From Chloroflexota bacterium (GTDB lineage: Bacteria; Chloroflexota; Anaerolineae; Anaerolineales; UBA11579), in the NCBI GenBank assembly GCA_019456165.1, contig VRUJ01000020.1:1703-65702 (forward strand): a stretch of 64,000 nucleotides of DNA. Reading direction: 5' to 3'. Both the position numbers and the translations under genes were made by a program. Below the pieces are notes generated by a model, which was not told the DNA's origin, ran no database searches, and saw nothing but the letters and a program-made list of their open reading frames with translations. Shown piece after piece: positions 18,332 to 27,427 of the stretch. Within the stretch, counting starts at the first letter, position 1. Every line of letters starts with the position of its first letter.

Positions 18332-19474
18332 ATGCTAAAACCATTTTCCAGGGTTGGACCGCTCTTATTCCTGCTGTCTTTGGGTGTTCTGTGCATACTT
18401 GGATTTTTCGCCGTAAACTTCATCTCGGGGATACCTGGCGAGGTCGAACAGACTTTCGGGCCAGCCTCCTCCACCCTATCCAATAATCAAAAATTGAATC
18501 TAAGTATCCGTCTTTGGCTGCAAAAGGATGCGCTTTTCACTCCCGTAAATCCCATAGGCGGAGAGCAATCGTTCTCAATCGGTTTGGACGAATCGGTAAC
18601 CTCCATTCTCAGCAATTTAGCATCACAAGGGTTAATTAACGATACTACAGCCTTACGCAATTACCTGATCTACGCAGGACTGGATACCCAATTGCAAGCT
18701 GGTGAATACACACTCAGCCCAAACATGCCCCCTATTTTGATCGCGCATGCGCTTTTGGATGCCACTCCAGAGTTAATAATTCTCACTGTGTTTCCCGGCT
18801 GGAGGCTGGAGGAAATTGCCGACTCGCTGCCAACATCTGGGTTGACAATTACACCGCAGGAATTTATCGCCGCAACGTTCATTCGACCTCCGGGATATTC
18901 GTTTACCACTGATCTTCCATTTGGCGCATCCGTTGAAGGATTCTTGTACCCCGGAGTTTACGAGGTGCAGCGCGATATTACCGCTGACCAATTAGTTATC
19001 CTGCTGTTGAACAGCTTTGAAGAGAATGTTGGATTCGAGATCCACGAAGGATTTTCTAGGCAAGGTTTATCGCTGTACGAAGGAGTGATTCTGGCATCCA
19101 TCGTCCAACGCGAAGCGGTGCTGGTTGAAGAACAACCCCAGATCGCCTCGGTGTTCCTTAACCGATTAAACATCTCCATGAAACTGGAAACGGATCCCAC
19201 CGTTCAATATGCACTCGCCTATAATCAGGACCAATTAACCTGGTGGACCAATCCGCTCTCTTTGACCGATCTAGAATTCGTTTCCCCATTCAACACTTAT
19301 ATTTATCCGGGTTTACCGCCAGGACCAATAGCCAACCCAGGCTTAGATGCGCTGCAAGCCGTCGCCTTTCCCGCCGTGACCCCTTACTTCTACTTTCGCG
19401 CCGCCTGTGATGGCAGCGGCCGCCACATCTTTGCCGAAACGTTTGAACAACACCAGGCTAATGCCTGCGGGTGA
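18332..19474 (+). CDS. mltG: Endolytic murein transglycosylase MltG (YceG-like)
   Basis: 380 aa. N-terminal TM and a YceG core with ASIVQREA and PGLPPGPIANPG. Confidence 0.9.
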   Translation: MLKPFSRVGPLLFLLSLGVLCILGFFAVNFISGIPGEVEQTFGPASSTLSNNQKLNLSIRLWLQKDALFTPVNPIGGEQSFSIGLDESVTSILSNLASQGLINDTTALRNYLIYAGLDTQLQAGEYTLSPNMPPILIAHALLDATPELIILTVFPGWRLEEIADSLPTSGLTITPQEFIAATFIRPPGYSFTTDLPFGASVEGFLYPGVYEVQRDITADQLVILLLNSFEENVGFEIHEGFSRQGLSLYEGVILASIVQREAVLVEEQPQIASVFLNRLNISMKLETDPTVQYALAYNQDQLTWWTNPLSLTDLEFVSPFNTYIYPGLPPGPIANPGLDALQAVAFPAVTPYFYFRAACDGSGRHIFAETFEQHQANACG

Positions 19475-19558
19475 AGGGAGGTAATGAAAGAAGATGTGTG
19501 GACTCGTCTATTCTACATAATTTGATGCACAGAATTAATTAACCCGCCCGCAAATTTC

Positions 19559-19586
19559 TTGACACAACAAACCTAGCCGATATAAT
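19559..19586 (+). promoter_or_regulatory. Candidate sigma-70-type promoter (-35 TTGACA, -10 TATAAT)
   Basis: TTGACA at 19559-19564, a 16-nt spacer, and TATAAT at 19581-19586, upstream of the 19671 lipoprotein gene. Confidence 0.5.
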
Positions 19587-19670
19587 GGAAAAGCAATCGG
19601 AGAAAAAGCTTCGTTAAGTAAAATATATCTACATTGGATCCTTTTTTTAATGAAACTGGAGGAATATATT

Positions 19671-21029
19671 ATGCGGAAGGTAATTTTCTCAATGATAATC
19701 CTTTCCCTCATGACTTTAGTTGGTTGTAATAATTTGAGTGGTCCAGAGAGTGTTGCATATCCAGCTTTTGAACAGTGGGCTCAACAAAATGGGATTCCTT
19801 TCAGGGATGTAAACATAGAAGTTATTGAAAACGACGGCACATATGCTACGCTCCACATAATTGCTTGGTTTCGAGAAAGCCAGCAATCTCAATGGTTAGA
19901 AAACGAAGCTGAGATCGTGTGCAGAAATGTAGGTGGAATGTGGCAATGCGATACAACTCGGATAAATTTCATTTTACGAGAAGAAGAAACTGAAGGAATG
20001 ACGGCAGAGGATTTGTTGATGGCAACAAGGTTGGAGAGATTGGAGGTTGGTGAGAGAGAACTTAATGGTATAGAAGAGGGGATAGGACATGAGGAAAGCA
20101 TGACTAAAGCACAATTGGAAAGGCTAGTAGAGGCAGGAGATGAAAATTGGGTAGCTTGGGTAATTGAGTATGAGGGGGCAGATTGGTATAGAGTGTTGAT
20201 GGATAAAAGCGGTGGCAATTTTGACGAGTGGATTAAGGGGCTAGCGTTTTACTTGGGTGGTCAGGGAGATAATGTAGAAGGAGCGAGGAGTTATTTACAA
20301 GGATTGTTGGTTAGATATGATGCTGGAGAGAGAGATGTTTTTGCTAATATTTTAAGGCCTAGATATGGTGATCAAGTGGCTGATTTGTGGTTGATAGAGC
20401 CGTCTGAGGCAGAGACAGAAGGTTTGACAGACTATGAAGAATGGTGGATGGAGTATATTTATAGCGCTGAGGTAGGAAATGAACCAACGCCTAGCCCAGC
20501 GGAAATTGAACTTTCAGCGATGTATGAGAGTTATAGGAGACCGAGACAGTTTGGTGGACCGGGAAATTTTGAGATGGGGGTTAATGAGGATGAGTTGTTT
20601 TTGAACCTAGAAAATATTGATAATTCATTTACATTAGAGTTTGCTGCTAGTCAGGGGGCTAGTTGGATTTTTGCTGTTTATGCTGATGGGTTTGAGTATA
20701 AAGTAAATATGCCGGTTTTTAACTTTTGGGCTGATAAATGGAATTTGACAGAGCAGGAGATAAGAGATTTAGAGGTAAACTGGTTGGATTATGGTCAGCA
20801 GAGAGATCAGGCTTTGGGTTATTTAGAGTGGTTAAATACTAAAAGTAGGTTGGGGCCACAAGGAGAGAAGATAATAGCTTTTTATCAAGAGGCGAATAAA
20901 TTATTTGAAGTCTATAGTGAAAATGGACAAAGACGAGAGGCTTTAGAGGGTTGGTTGGAGCAGCAATCTGTAATAGAAATTACTGGTTTTGTTTTTGAGG
21001 CAGTGGTGAATCCGGGATTAGTTAACTAG
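19671..21029 (+). CDS. Hypothetical lipoprotein, Trp/Glu-rich
   Basis: Start set at ATG 19671, with GGAGGA 8 nt upstream. Lipobox LMTLVGC. From about 19980 the coding strand is strongly C-depleted (see findings). Confidence 0.7.
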   Translation: MRKVIFSMIILSLMTLVGCNNLSGPESVAYPAFEQWAQQNGIPFRDVNIEVIENDGTYATLHIIAWFRESQQSQWLENEAEIVCRNVGGMWQCDTTRINFILREEETEGMTAEDLLMATRLERLEVGERELNGIEEGIGHEESMTKAQLERLVEAGDENWVAWVIEYEGADWYRVLMDKSGGNFDEWIKGLAFYLGGQGDNVEGARSYLQGLLVRYDAGERDVFANILRPRYGDQVADLWLIEPSEAETEGLTDYEEWWMEYIYSAEVGNEPTPSPAEIELSAMYESYRRPRQFGGPGNFEMGVNEDELFLNLENIDNSFTLEFAASQGASWIFAVYADGFEYKVNMPVFNFWADKWNLTEQEIRDLEVNWLDYGQQRDQALGYLEWLNTKSRLGPQGEKIIAFYQEANKLFEVYSENGQRREALEGWLEQQSVIEITGFVFEAVVNPGLVN

Positions 21030-21469
21030 GCATTATTATCATGAGTAATAGTTTTGTGAGGAAGTTAAGTGTAGAAGTGTATTCCTTGGAAGGTCAAACA
21101 AAACACCAACGCCAGAGTACCTCAACGCTGCACCCACACCGAGTAATGATTAGTTTGGTTTGTTACAAGCTTCAGCTGGATTCATCATCGTCATCCGCAT
21201 CGCTGCACTCTGGGTCACCCAGGTTCGCACCCGTTGCACTTGGTGCGACGTAGTCGGCGTCAACAACGCTGACCACCCAATGCGGGAGGGAGGCTGTTAG
21301 TGCCATTGAAGAATAGAGTATAAGCGCCATCTCCTTACAGTTCCCACACTAATTTTTTACGCTTACATAAATTGAATCCAAATCAAGGTTTTGACTCAAG
21401 TCTGGATTTATGGTACTTTTAACCCAGAGCTTAAACCTGACTTTAATCCCGTAATCGGAGAAAAAACAT

Positions 21470-22885
21470 ATGTCCTCCACAGGTCTTCCTTTTTCTGAAT
21501 CCCTGCGTGTTTATAATGACATCACCGAAACAATTGGCAAGACTCCCTTGGTGCGTTTAAATCACATCGGACGCGGCTTACCCTGTCCCTTATATGCCAA
21601 AATAGAATTCTTCAACCCTGGTGGGTCGGTAAAAGACCGCATCGCCATAAACATGATCAAAGAGGCTGAAGACAGCGGCCGCCTGAAGCCGGGGGGCACA
21701 GTCGTTGAATCAACCTCCGGCAATACCGGCATTGGGCTGGCGATCATCTGCGCTCTGCGGGGCTATAAATCGATATTCGTGATGCCGGATAAGATGAGCC
21801 AGGAAAAGATCCTGCTCCTGCGTGCTTATGGCGGCAAAGTTATCATCACTCCCACCGCCGTCGCTCCCGACGATCCGCGCTCTTATTACAGCGTGGCAGA
21901 TAAGATCGTTGAGGAGACCCCTAACTCATTCCTGGCAAATCAATACCATAACCCCGAAAACCCACGCTCACACTACGAGACCACCGGTCCAGAGATCTGG
22001 GAACAGACCGGAGGTAAGGTCACCGATGTTGTGATTGGCTTGGGTACAGGTGGAACGATCACGGGTGCAGGCCGTTACTTAAAGGAAAAAAATCCCGATA
22101 TAAATATGGTTGGGGTTGACCCCACAGGATCGATCATCTTGGAAATCTGGCAAAATAAGGGAAAAATCCCAGAAGGTGTAGAGGCCATCACCTACAAGGT
22201 GGAGGGCATCGGAGAGGATTTCCTACCATCAGCTACTGATCTTTCAGTCATTGATGACATCGTGCGCGTGACCGACAAAGAATCCTTCTTAATGGCCCGC
22301 CGCTTGGTGCGGGAAGAAGGCATCTTTGGGGGCGGCTCCTGCGGTTCGGCAGTGGCGGCAGCCCTCCGATACTCAAAGGATTTACCCCCAGAGCGTCTGG
22401 TTGTCGTGCTGCTGCCGGATTCCGGTTCTCGCTACCTTTCAAAGGTGTTTGACGACAAATGGATGCGTGAGAACGGCTTCTTGGAATCTGAGTGGGGGGA
22501 GGTATCTCTGCGAGAACTCTTAAGCGAGAAGAGGATTCAGGAACTGATCACCGCTTCCGTCGATGATACCATCATGGATGTCATCGGTATGATGAAAAAA
22601 CACGACATATCTCAGATTCCCGCGGTCAATCCCGATGGATCCATAGCTGGGTTGGTCCGCGAAGTCGATCTATTAAAATATATGTTAGAATCGGATCAGC
22701 AGCATTCCGCAAAGGCAACTATCAAATCTATTCTCCAACCAACCCCGCAATCATTTCCAGCGCACACCCGCTTGGAAAATGTGATGCCAGCCGTAGTGGA
22801 AGGCAACGTAGTATTGGTCAAAGATGGAGATAACCTGGTGGGGATCATCTCCAAAATAGACATATTAGATTTCATCTCGCATTAA
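21470..22885 (+). CDS. Cystathionine beta-synthase-type PLP enzyme (cysteine synthase fold plus C-terminal CBS-domain pair)
   Basis: 471 aa. PLP-lysine motif GGSVKDR, SGNTG loop, and two CBS repeats in the last 120 aa or so. Confidence 0.9.
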   Translation: MSSTGLPFSESLRVYNDITETIGKTPLVRLNHIGRGLPCPLYAKIEFFNPGGSVKDRIAINMIKEAEDSGRLKPGGTVVESTSGNTGIGLAIICALRGYKSIFVMPDKMSQEKILLLRAYGGKVIITPTAVAPDDPRSYYSVADKIVEETPNSFLANQYHNPENPRSHYETTGPEIWEQTGGKVTDVVIGLGTGGTITGAGRYLKEKNPDINMVGVDPTGSIILEIWQNKGKIPEGVEAITYKVEGIGEDFLPSATDLSVIDDIVRVTDKESFLMARRLVREEGIFGGGSCGSAVAAALRYSKDLPPERLVVVLLPDSGSRYLSKVFDDKWMRENGFLESEWGEVSLRELLSEKRIQELITASVDDTIMDVIGMMKKHDISQIPAVNPDGSIAGLVREVDLLKYMLESDQQHSAKATIKSILQPTPQSFPAHTRLENVMPAVVEGNVVLVKDGDNLVGIISKIDILDFISH

Positions 22886-22895
22886 AGTTGAATTA

Positions 22896-23732
22896 ATGGC
22901 CAAAGAAATTCCTAAATTACGCATCCTCCCAGTTGAAAGTTTGGTATTACACGAAAGGTACGATGATCAACGCGCGCCTCGTCTGATCGAACGCCTGAAA
23001 CAAAGCGGTGTGCTCATCAATCCACCCATTGTCTCTCCTATGCCGGATGGCACAGAGCGCTACATGGTTTTGGACGGCGCCAACCGCACAACTGCGTTTG
23101 CATCTATGGGTTTGCCGCACGTTGTTGCACAAGTTGTGCAGCCGGACGATAAACGCTTGGAGTTAAAAGCCTGGAATCATGTCTTAAGGAGATTAGATCC
23201 CAATGAATTCTTAGACCGTTTACATTCAATTCCTGATCTAGAATTTAAACCAACCGATGCTGACCATGACCCAGATATGTTTTGGGACGAGACGACTCTC
23301 GCTTGGATCCAGACCAAGGATGGATCATCATTTACCGTCTCCTGCACAGATTGTGAACTCCTCACCAGAGTTGCAAATTTAAACGCTATTGTTGATTGTT
23401 ACACCGATTATGCAAAAATAGACCGCGCAAAAATCCAAGAACTTGAAAAACTCAATCATCTTTATGAAGATATGAGTGTGATCGTGGCATTCCCACCATT
23501 CGGAATCATTGAGGTTTTTGGTTTATGCAGCGGAGGGCACCGTCTCCCGGCTGGGATAACTCGCTTTGCAATATCACCGCGCGCCTTGCGGGTTAACTAT
23601 CCATTGGATGAGCTAGCGAGGGATATTACTATTGATCAAAAGAATGACAGCCTAAGCAATTGGATTAAGGAGCGTTTAACGCGTAAAGGCATCCGCCATT
23701 ATTCCGAAGCCACCGTCCTTTTTGATGAGTGA
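22896..23732 (+). CDS. ParB/Srx-fold N-terminal domain protein, function unknown (possible SerK-like kinase, see findings)
   Basis: 278 aa, 10 nt after the CBS gene. N-terminal LVLHERYD ... VLDGANRT resembles the ParB/sulfiredoxin nucleotide-binding core. The C-terminal 190 aa or so are unassigned. Confidence 0.7.
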   Translation: MAKEIPKLRILPVESLVLHERYDDQRAPRLIERLKQSGVLINPPIVSPMPDGTERYMVLDGANRTTAFASMGLPHVVAQVVQPDDKRLELKAWNHVLRRLDPNEFLDRLHSIPDLEFKPTDADHDPDMFWDETTLAWIQTKDGSSFTVSCTDCELLTRVANLNAIVDCYTDYAKIDRAKIQELEKLNHLYEDMSVIVAFPPFGIIEVFGLCSGGHRLPAGITRFAISPRALRVNYPLDELARDITIDQKNDSLSNWIKERLTRKGIRHYSEATVLFDE

Positions 23733-23822
23733 AAAGATAACAAATTAGGTAGAAGACTTGACTGTTTTCGAAACCCGTCAGGTCTTTGTGGTCTTGGGGT
23801 GAGGGCCGCGCTCAGATAGCGC

Positions 23823-23851
23823 TTGCCCTGGCCTCTCGATTTTGCTATACT
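23823..23851 (+). promoter_or_regulatory. Candidate promoter with extended -10 (-35 TTGCCC, TGcTATACT)
   Basis: TTGCCC at 23823-23828, a 17-nt spacer, and TATACT at 23846-23851 preceded by TG at 23843-23844. Confidence 0.4.
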
Positions 23852-23891
23852 GGGTTAGATAAATTCATTATGACCCTACAGGAGGGCTATT

Positions 23892-25229
23892 ATGAAGAAA
23901 ATGTTACTGCCAAGCTTAATCACAATCTTCGCCTTAACGCTTGCTTCTTGCTCCCCACCGCAAGGGGCTGGCCATACACCTACCACCACATCTACTCCCT
24001 CACCTTCTCCCAGCTCCACACCCCCAACTCCTCCGAACATCACAACCCCTGGTTATGTGCTTACTAACACAGAAAAATCCACAGGAGTGTATGGTTTTCT
24101 AAATAATGTAGCTTACTACTTTCGTTTACGAGTTGGAAATGTGATTGGATCGCACCTCCCAGTTGAATTACTTGATTCAGGTGATGATAATGATCCTTCA
24201 CTTGGGAATCCAAATGATGCCTTTGAGTTCGCTTTCTCAAATTACGCTGATTTGATTGCTTTTTGGACCAGCGGTCAGCCGGGTGAATTATGGCTTTCCG
24301 ACCTGGCAAATAATGATCCTCGCTTGGTATTCATCGATTCGGAAATGGTGTGTCCTTATGATGTTAATTATTCCCCTGGGGAAATGATTGATATGCGCTG
24401 GACTTTCAATGATATGCATCTTTTCATTAATGTAGTAGATGACCCAACTCTGAACATGATCTATCACTTACAAAATGACACAATCGAAGCCTGGCCATAT
24501 AACTGCGACCGGGTTGCCATGTCTTCTCGCAGTGGGAGATTAGCGACTTGGTGTGTTTCCAATTCAAGTGAGGAAAGTTTCGCGATTCTAGAGTGGGGGG
24601 GAGAAATTTGGTTCAGCGAGGCTTCTCCACTACAGGAAATAGTCAGGCTGCGTCCAGACCAATATCAAATTTGGGCTTGGTCTTCAGATGGAGAACAGCT
24701 TGCCTATTTCGATCCGGCTGATCCCGAAGGCTATTTATACATCGCCAATGTGGACGGCGAGATCCGATTGCAAATCATCCCGGGAGCAGCATATTGGACC
24801 ACAAATATCTTAGATAATCGAAGGCGGTTGGTAGAGCCGCCATCGCCGCCAATACAATGGTCACAAGATAACAGCAGATTGGTAATATTTGCCCACCCTG
24901 ATCAGTCTCACCAATGCCCAACTCTCTACCTTCCATATGGAGAAATTCACGAACGAGTCCCTTGCTGGCAGGTGATCGACACCTCAACTGGGGAAGTGAT
25001 ATGGACAATTTCCGATTCGATTAATGGTCTTCTTTCGTCAGAAATGTCGATAACCGAAGTCGGCCCGTATAATTTCGAATTTCCAACGATATCTCCAGAT
25101 GGCCAGCTATTGGTAATTCAAGGATGGATTAACCGCAGACAATTAAATACAATAGATCTTCAGACGAATGAAGTTACAAACTGGTTCGATATAATGTATA
25201 CATATATGCGTTGGGGTCCGGAACCTTAA
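23892..25229 (+). CDS. Lipoprotein with PT-rich linker and PD40/TolB-like beta-propeller repeats
   Basis: GGAGGG RBS, lipobox LTLASCS and a TPSPSPSSTPPTPP linker. Repeated W(S/A)SDG..LAYF and ISPDGQLLV strands. Confidence 0.75.
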   Translation: MKKMLLPSLITIFALTLASCSPPQGAGHTPTTTSTPSPSPSSTPPTPPNITTPGYVLTNTEKSTGVYGFLNNVAYYFRLRVGNVIGSHLPVELLDSGDDNDPSLGNPNDAFEFAFSNYADLIAFWTSGQPGELWLSDLANNDPRLVFIDSEMVCPYDVNYSPGEMIDMRWTFNDMHLFINVVDDPTLNMIYHLQNDTIEAWPYNCDRVAMSSRSGRLATWCVSNSSEESFAILEWGGEIWFSEASPLQEIVRLRPDQYQIWAWSSDGEQLAYFDPADPEGYLYIANVDGEIRLQIIPGAAYWTTNILDNRRRLVEPPSPPIQWSQDNSRLVIFAHPDQSHQCPTLYLPYGEIHERVPCWQVIDTSTGEVIWTISDSINGLLSSEMSITEVGPYNFEFPTISPDGQLLVIQGWINRRQLNTIDLQTNEVTNWFDIMYTYMRWGPEP

Positions 25230-25322
25230 GCTTTTTATATTTACCAAATAACTCCAACGATACCCTGCAGAAACCTACATCAACTCCGGCGCCGGAAAAA
25301 TGGTCGAATCCCCTCTAGTTCA

Positions 25323-26465
25323 CTAAACCTTCTTCAAAGCAAGTTCCAAGTCTTCAATAATATCATCTACGTGCTCAATGCCCACCGAAAGACGCACCAG
25401 GCTGTTGGTTAGGCCGCGCTTTAGGCGTTCTTCTTCGGGCACTTCTGCATGCGTCATAGAAGCCGGATGGGTGATCATCGATTCAACTGCGCCCAGGCTC
25501 TCTGCCAAAGCGCACAACCGCACGTTGTTCATCAGATTGATACCCGCATGGATATCTCCCTTAAGTTCAAAGGAAATCATCCCGCTAAAGTCTTTCATCT
25601 GGCGTTTGGCGATTTCATGCTGGGGATGGCTGGTGAGACCGGGATAAGTGATATGTTTAACTTTCGGGTGATCCTCCAGAAACTTGGCCACAGCCATCGC
25701 ATTGGATGAGTGCTTCTCCATCCTCAAAGGTAATGTCTTTACGCCCAATAAAGTTAGCCAGCAATCAAAGGGTCCCGAAACCGCACCGATGCTCTTTTGA
25801 AAGAATTTCAACTTCTCATATAGGTCTTCATTATTTGTTACCACCACCCCCCCGATCAATTGGTTGTGCCCGCTCAAATACTTGGTCGTACTGTGTAAAA
25901 CCAGGTCAACGCCAAACTCTAAGGGACGCAGAAGATATGGCGTCGCAAAGGTAGAATCCACACCCAGCAGCAATTTATGCTCTTTGGCGATCTGGGAGAC
26001 TACTTCCAGGTCAGTGATCTTCAAAAGCGGGTTCGTAGGTGTTTCCACCCAGATGAGTTTAGTTTCCGGTCTGATAGCTTCTGCAATTTTTTCAGGTTGA
26101 GAAGTATCCACATAAGTGAAAGAGAGGTTGAAGCGGCTCAATATTTGCTCGAAAAGCCGGAAAACTCCCCCGTAAACATCATCGCTTGAGATCACATGAT
26201 CGCCGGAGGATAATAAACGCAAGATCGCATCCACCGCCGACATACCAGAGGCGAAGGAAATCCCATATTTTCCACTGTCTAGCGCTGCCAGGTTGGCTTC
26301 TAATATCGCGCGTGTGGGATTTGAAGAGCGCGTGTAATCATAGCCCTTATCTTTCCCCACCTCGTCTAGCACATACGTTGCGGTTTGGTACAGTGGGGGG
26401 ACGATTGAACCGGTGGATGGGTCATGGTAAGAGCCGGAATGGACAGCTTTAGTTGCAAATTTCAT
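25323..26465 (-). CDS. Cystathionine gamma-lyase/gamma-synthase family PLP enzyme
   Basis: 380 aa. Cys/Met-metabolism PLP family with lysine motif HSTTKYLSGH. Confidence 0.92.
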   Translation of the reverse strand: MKFATKAVHSGSYHDPSTGSIVPPLYQTATYVLDEVGKDKGYDYTRSSNPTRAILEANLAALDSGKYGISFASGMSAVDAILRLLSSGDHVISSDDVYGGVFRLFEQILSRFNLSFTYVDTSQPEKIAEAIRPETKLIWVETPTNPLLKITDLEVVSQIAKEHKLLLGVDSTFATPYLLRPLEFGVDLVLHSTTKYLSGHNQLIGGVVVTNNEDLYEKLKFFQKSIGAVSGPFDCWLTLLGVKTLPLRMEKHSSNAMAVAKFLEDHPKVKHITYPGLTSHPQHEIAKRQMKDFSGMISFELKGDIHAGINLMNNVRLCALAESLGAVESMITHPASMTHAEVPEEERLKRGLTNSLVRLSVGIEHVDDIIEDLELALKKV

Positions 26466-26491
26466 CAGACATCTCCATTAATTAAACGTAT

Positions 26492-26719
26492 AACCAAAGT
26501 TGCCACCTTGCTGTGGTTTCACAAAATTTGAACAGATTGTCCGGTTTTCAAATAATCTATTCAGGGATTCTTCGGTCGAAACCCCCCGGTTTTCTCTCTC
26601 AGAATGACAAAATTTGTGTCATTCTGAGCGCGCCAGTTTGATCGGCGCAGCGAAGAATCCCTAACATGTTCATTTGTAGTGCCTCTTTTCTGAAAATTTC
26701 TTAGGTGGCAACTTAGGTT
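26492..26719. repeat. 228-nt nested inverted-repeat element (REPIN-like doublet with an outer 17-nt inverted repeat)
   Basis: Outer arms at 26492-26508 and 26703-26719 (16/17 complementary). Middle arms AGGGATTCTTCG at 26563-26574 and CGAAGAATCCCT at 26651-26662. Inner arms TCAGAATGACA at 26599-26609 and TGTCATTCTGA at 26617-26627. There are two side hairpins. Confidence 0.85.
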
Positions 26720-26863
26720 AAGTGTAACAGAATTTTATCGCATAAATGGTCTGGTTGGAAACAAATATTAGGCAATATGACAGTTTTTTCAATTGAACTT
26801 TGATAATGGTCTTGGATTTATTATTCAGGGGGTACTCTGGGAGTGGTAATTATGCTGGGATAT

Positions 26864-26878
26864 AAACCCTTCGGGTTT
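26864..26878. repeat. Hairpin 15-mer AAACCCTTCGGGTTT
   Basis: The same 15-mer recurs at 32879-32893, and as its reverse complement at 32861-32875. Confidence 0.8.
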
Positions 26879-27009
26879 GATCTTCGGTTAACAACTTATC
26901 ACCAACACCAATACTAGTCCCAACACTTGATTTTTCCAGATATTGCCTACAAGAGGTATAATGCTTTTTCTTGATAGTTTGATAAAATCAGCCTTTGAAC
27001 AAAATAATT

Positions 27010-27423
27010 ATGGATATATTTTTCAGCGACCCCGAAGACCTGCCTGTGCCACAAGCAGATGTGCGTATACGCGAGATAAGTGCCGAGCCTTGGCCAGACG
27101 GCCGCAGGGTGAAGGTAGATATCCAGCTTACTCCTTTTCAGAAAAGACCGAATATAGAAATCACAATTATTAATTCCCAGGCAGACCAGGTAGCAATATT
27201 GAGCGTGGTCGAAGCATTGCAGCCCCGCATGGATTTTACAATCCACCTGCGAGAGGCTCAGACCGGAGGCAAATATCGAGTGAATGCTCGCGTTTCCTAC
27301 GCAGATTTGGATAGCTACGATCCAGACCATGAACCGGATATCTCCGCTGGGAAAATATTAGATAAGGTCGGAGAAACCATTGATTCGGCTGAAACCACTT
27401 TTGAAATTACTATAGAAGAATGA
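27010..27423 (+). CDS. Hypothetical small soluble protein
   Basis: 137 aa from ATG 27010; the ORF track starts at TTG 26995. Ends 4 nt before the ABC exporter start. No obvious RBS. A TATAAT lies at 26957-26962. Confidence 0.5.
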   Translation: MDIFFSDPEDLPVPQADVRIREISAEPWPDGRRVKVDIQLTPFQKRPNIEITIINSQADQVAILSVVEALQPRMDFTIHLREAQTGGKYRVNARVSYADLDSYDPDHEPDISAGKILDKVGETIDSAETTFEITIEE

Positions 27424-27427
27424 AATC

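Noticed and set aside
21041-21253. 70-aa plus-strand ORF after the lipoprotein gene.
   Set aside because: No RBS, and the product is low-complexity (SSSSSASL). It overlaps the slightly more plausible minus-strand small ORF, and neither is well supported.
25283-25294. The 12-nt palindrome TCCGGCGCCGGA between convergent genes could be a terminator.
   Set aside because: There is no loop and no T-run on the correct side for either gene. It could still be a protein site, but support is weak.
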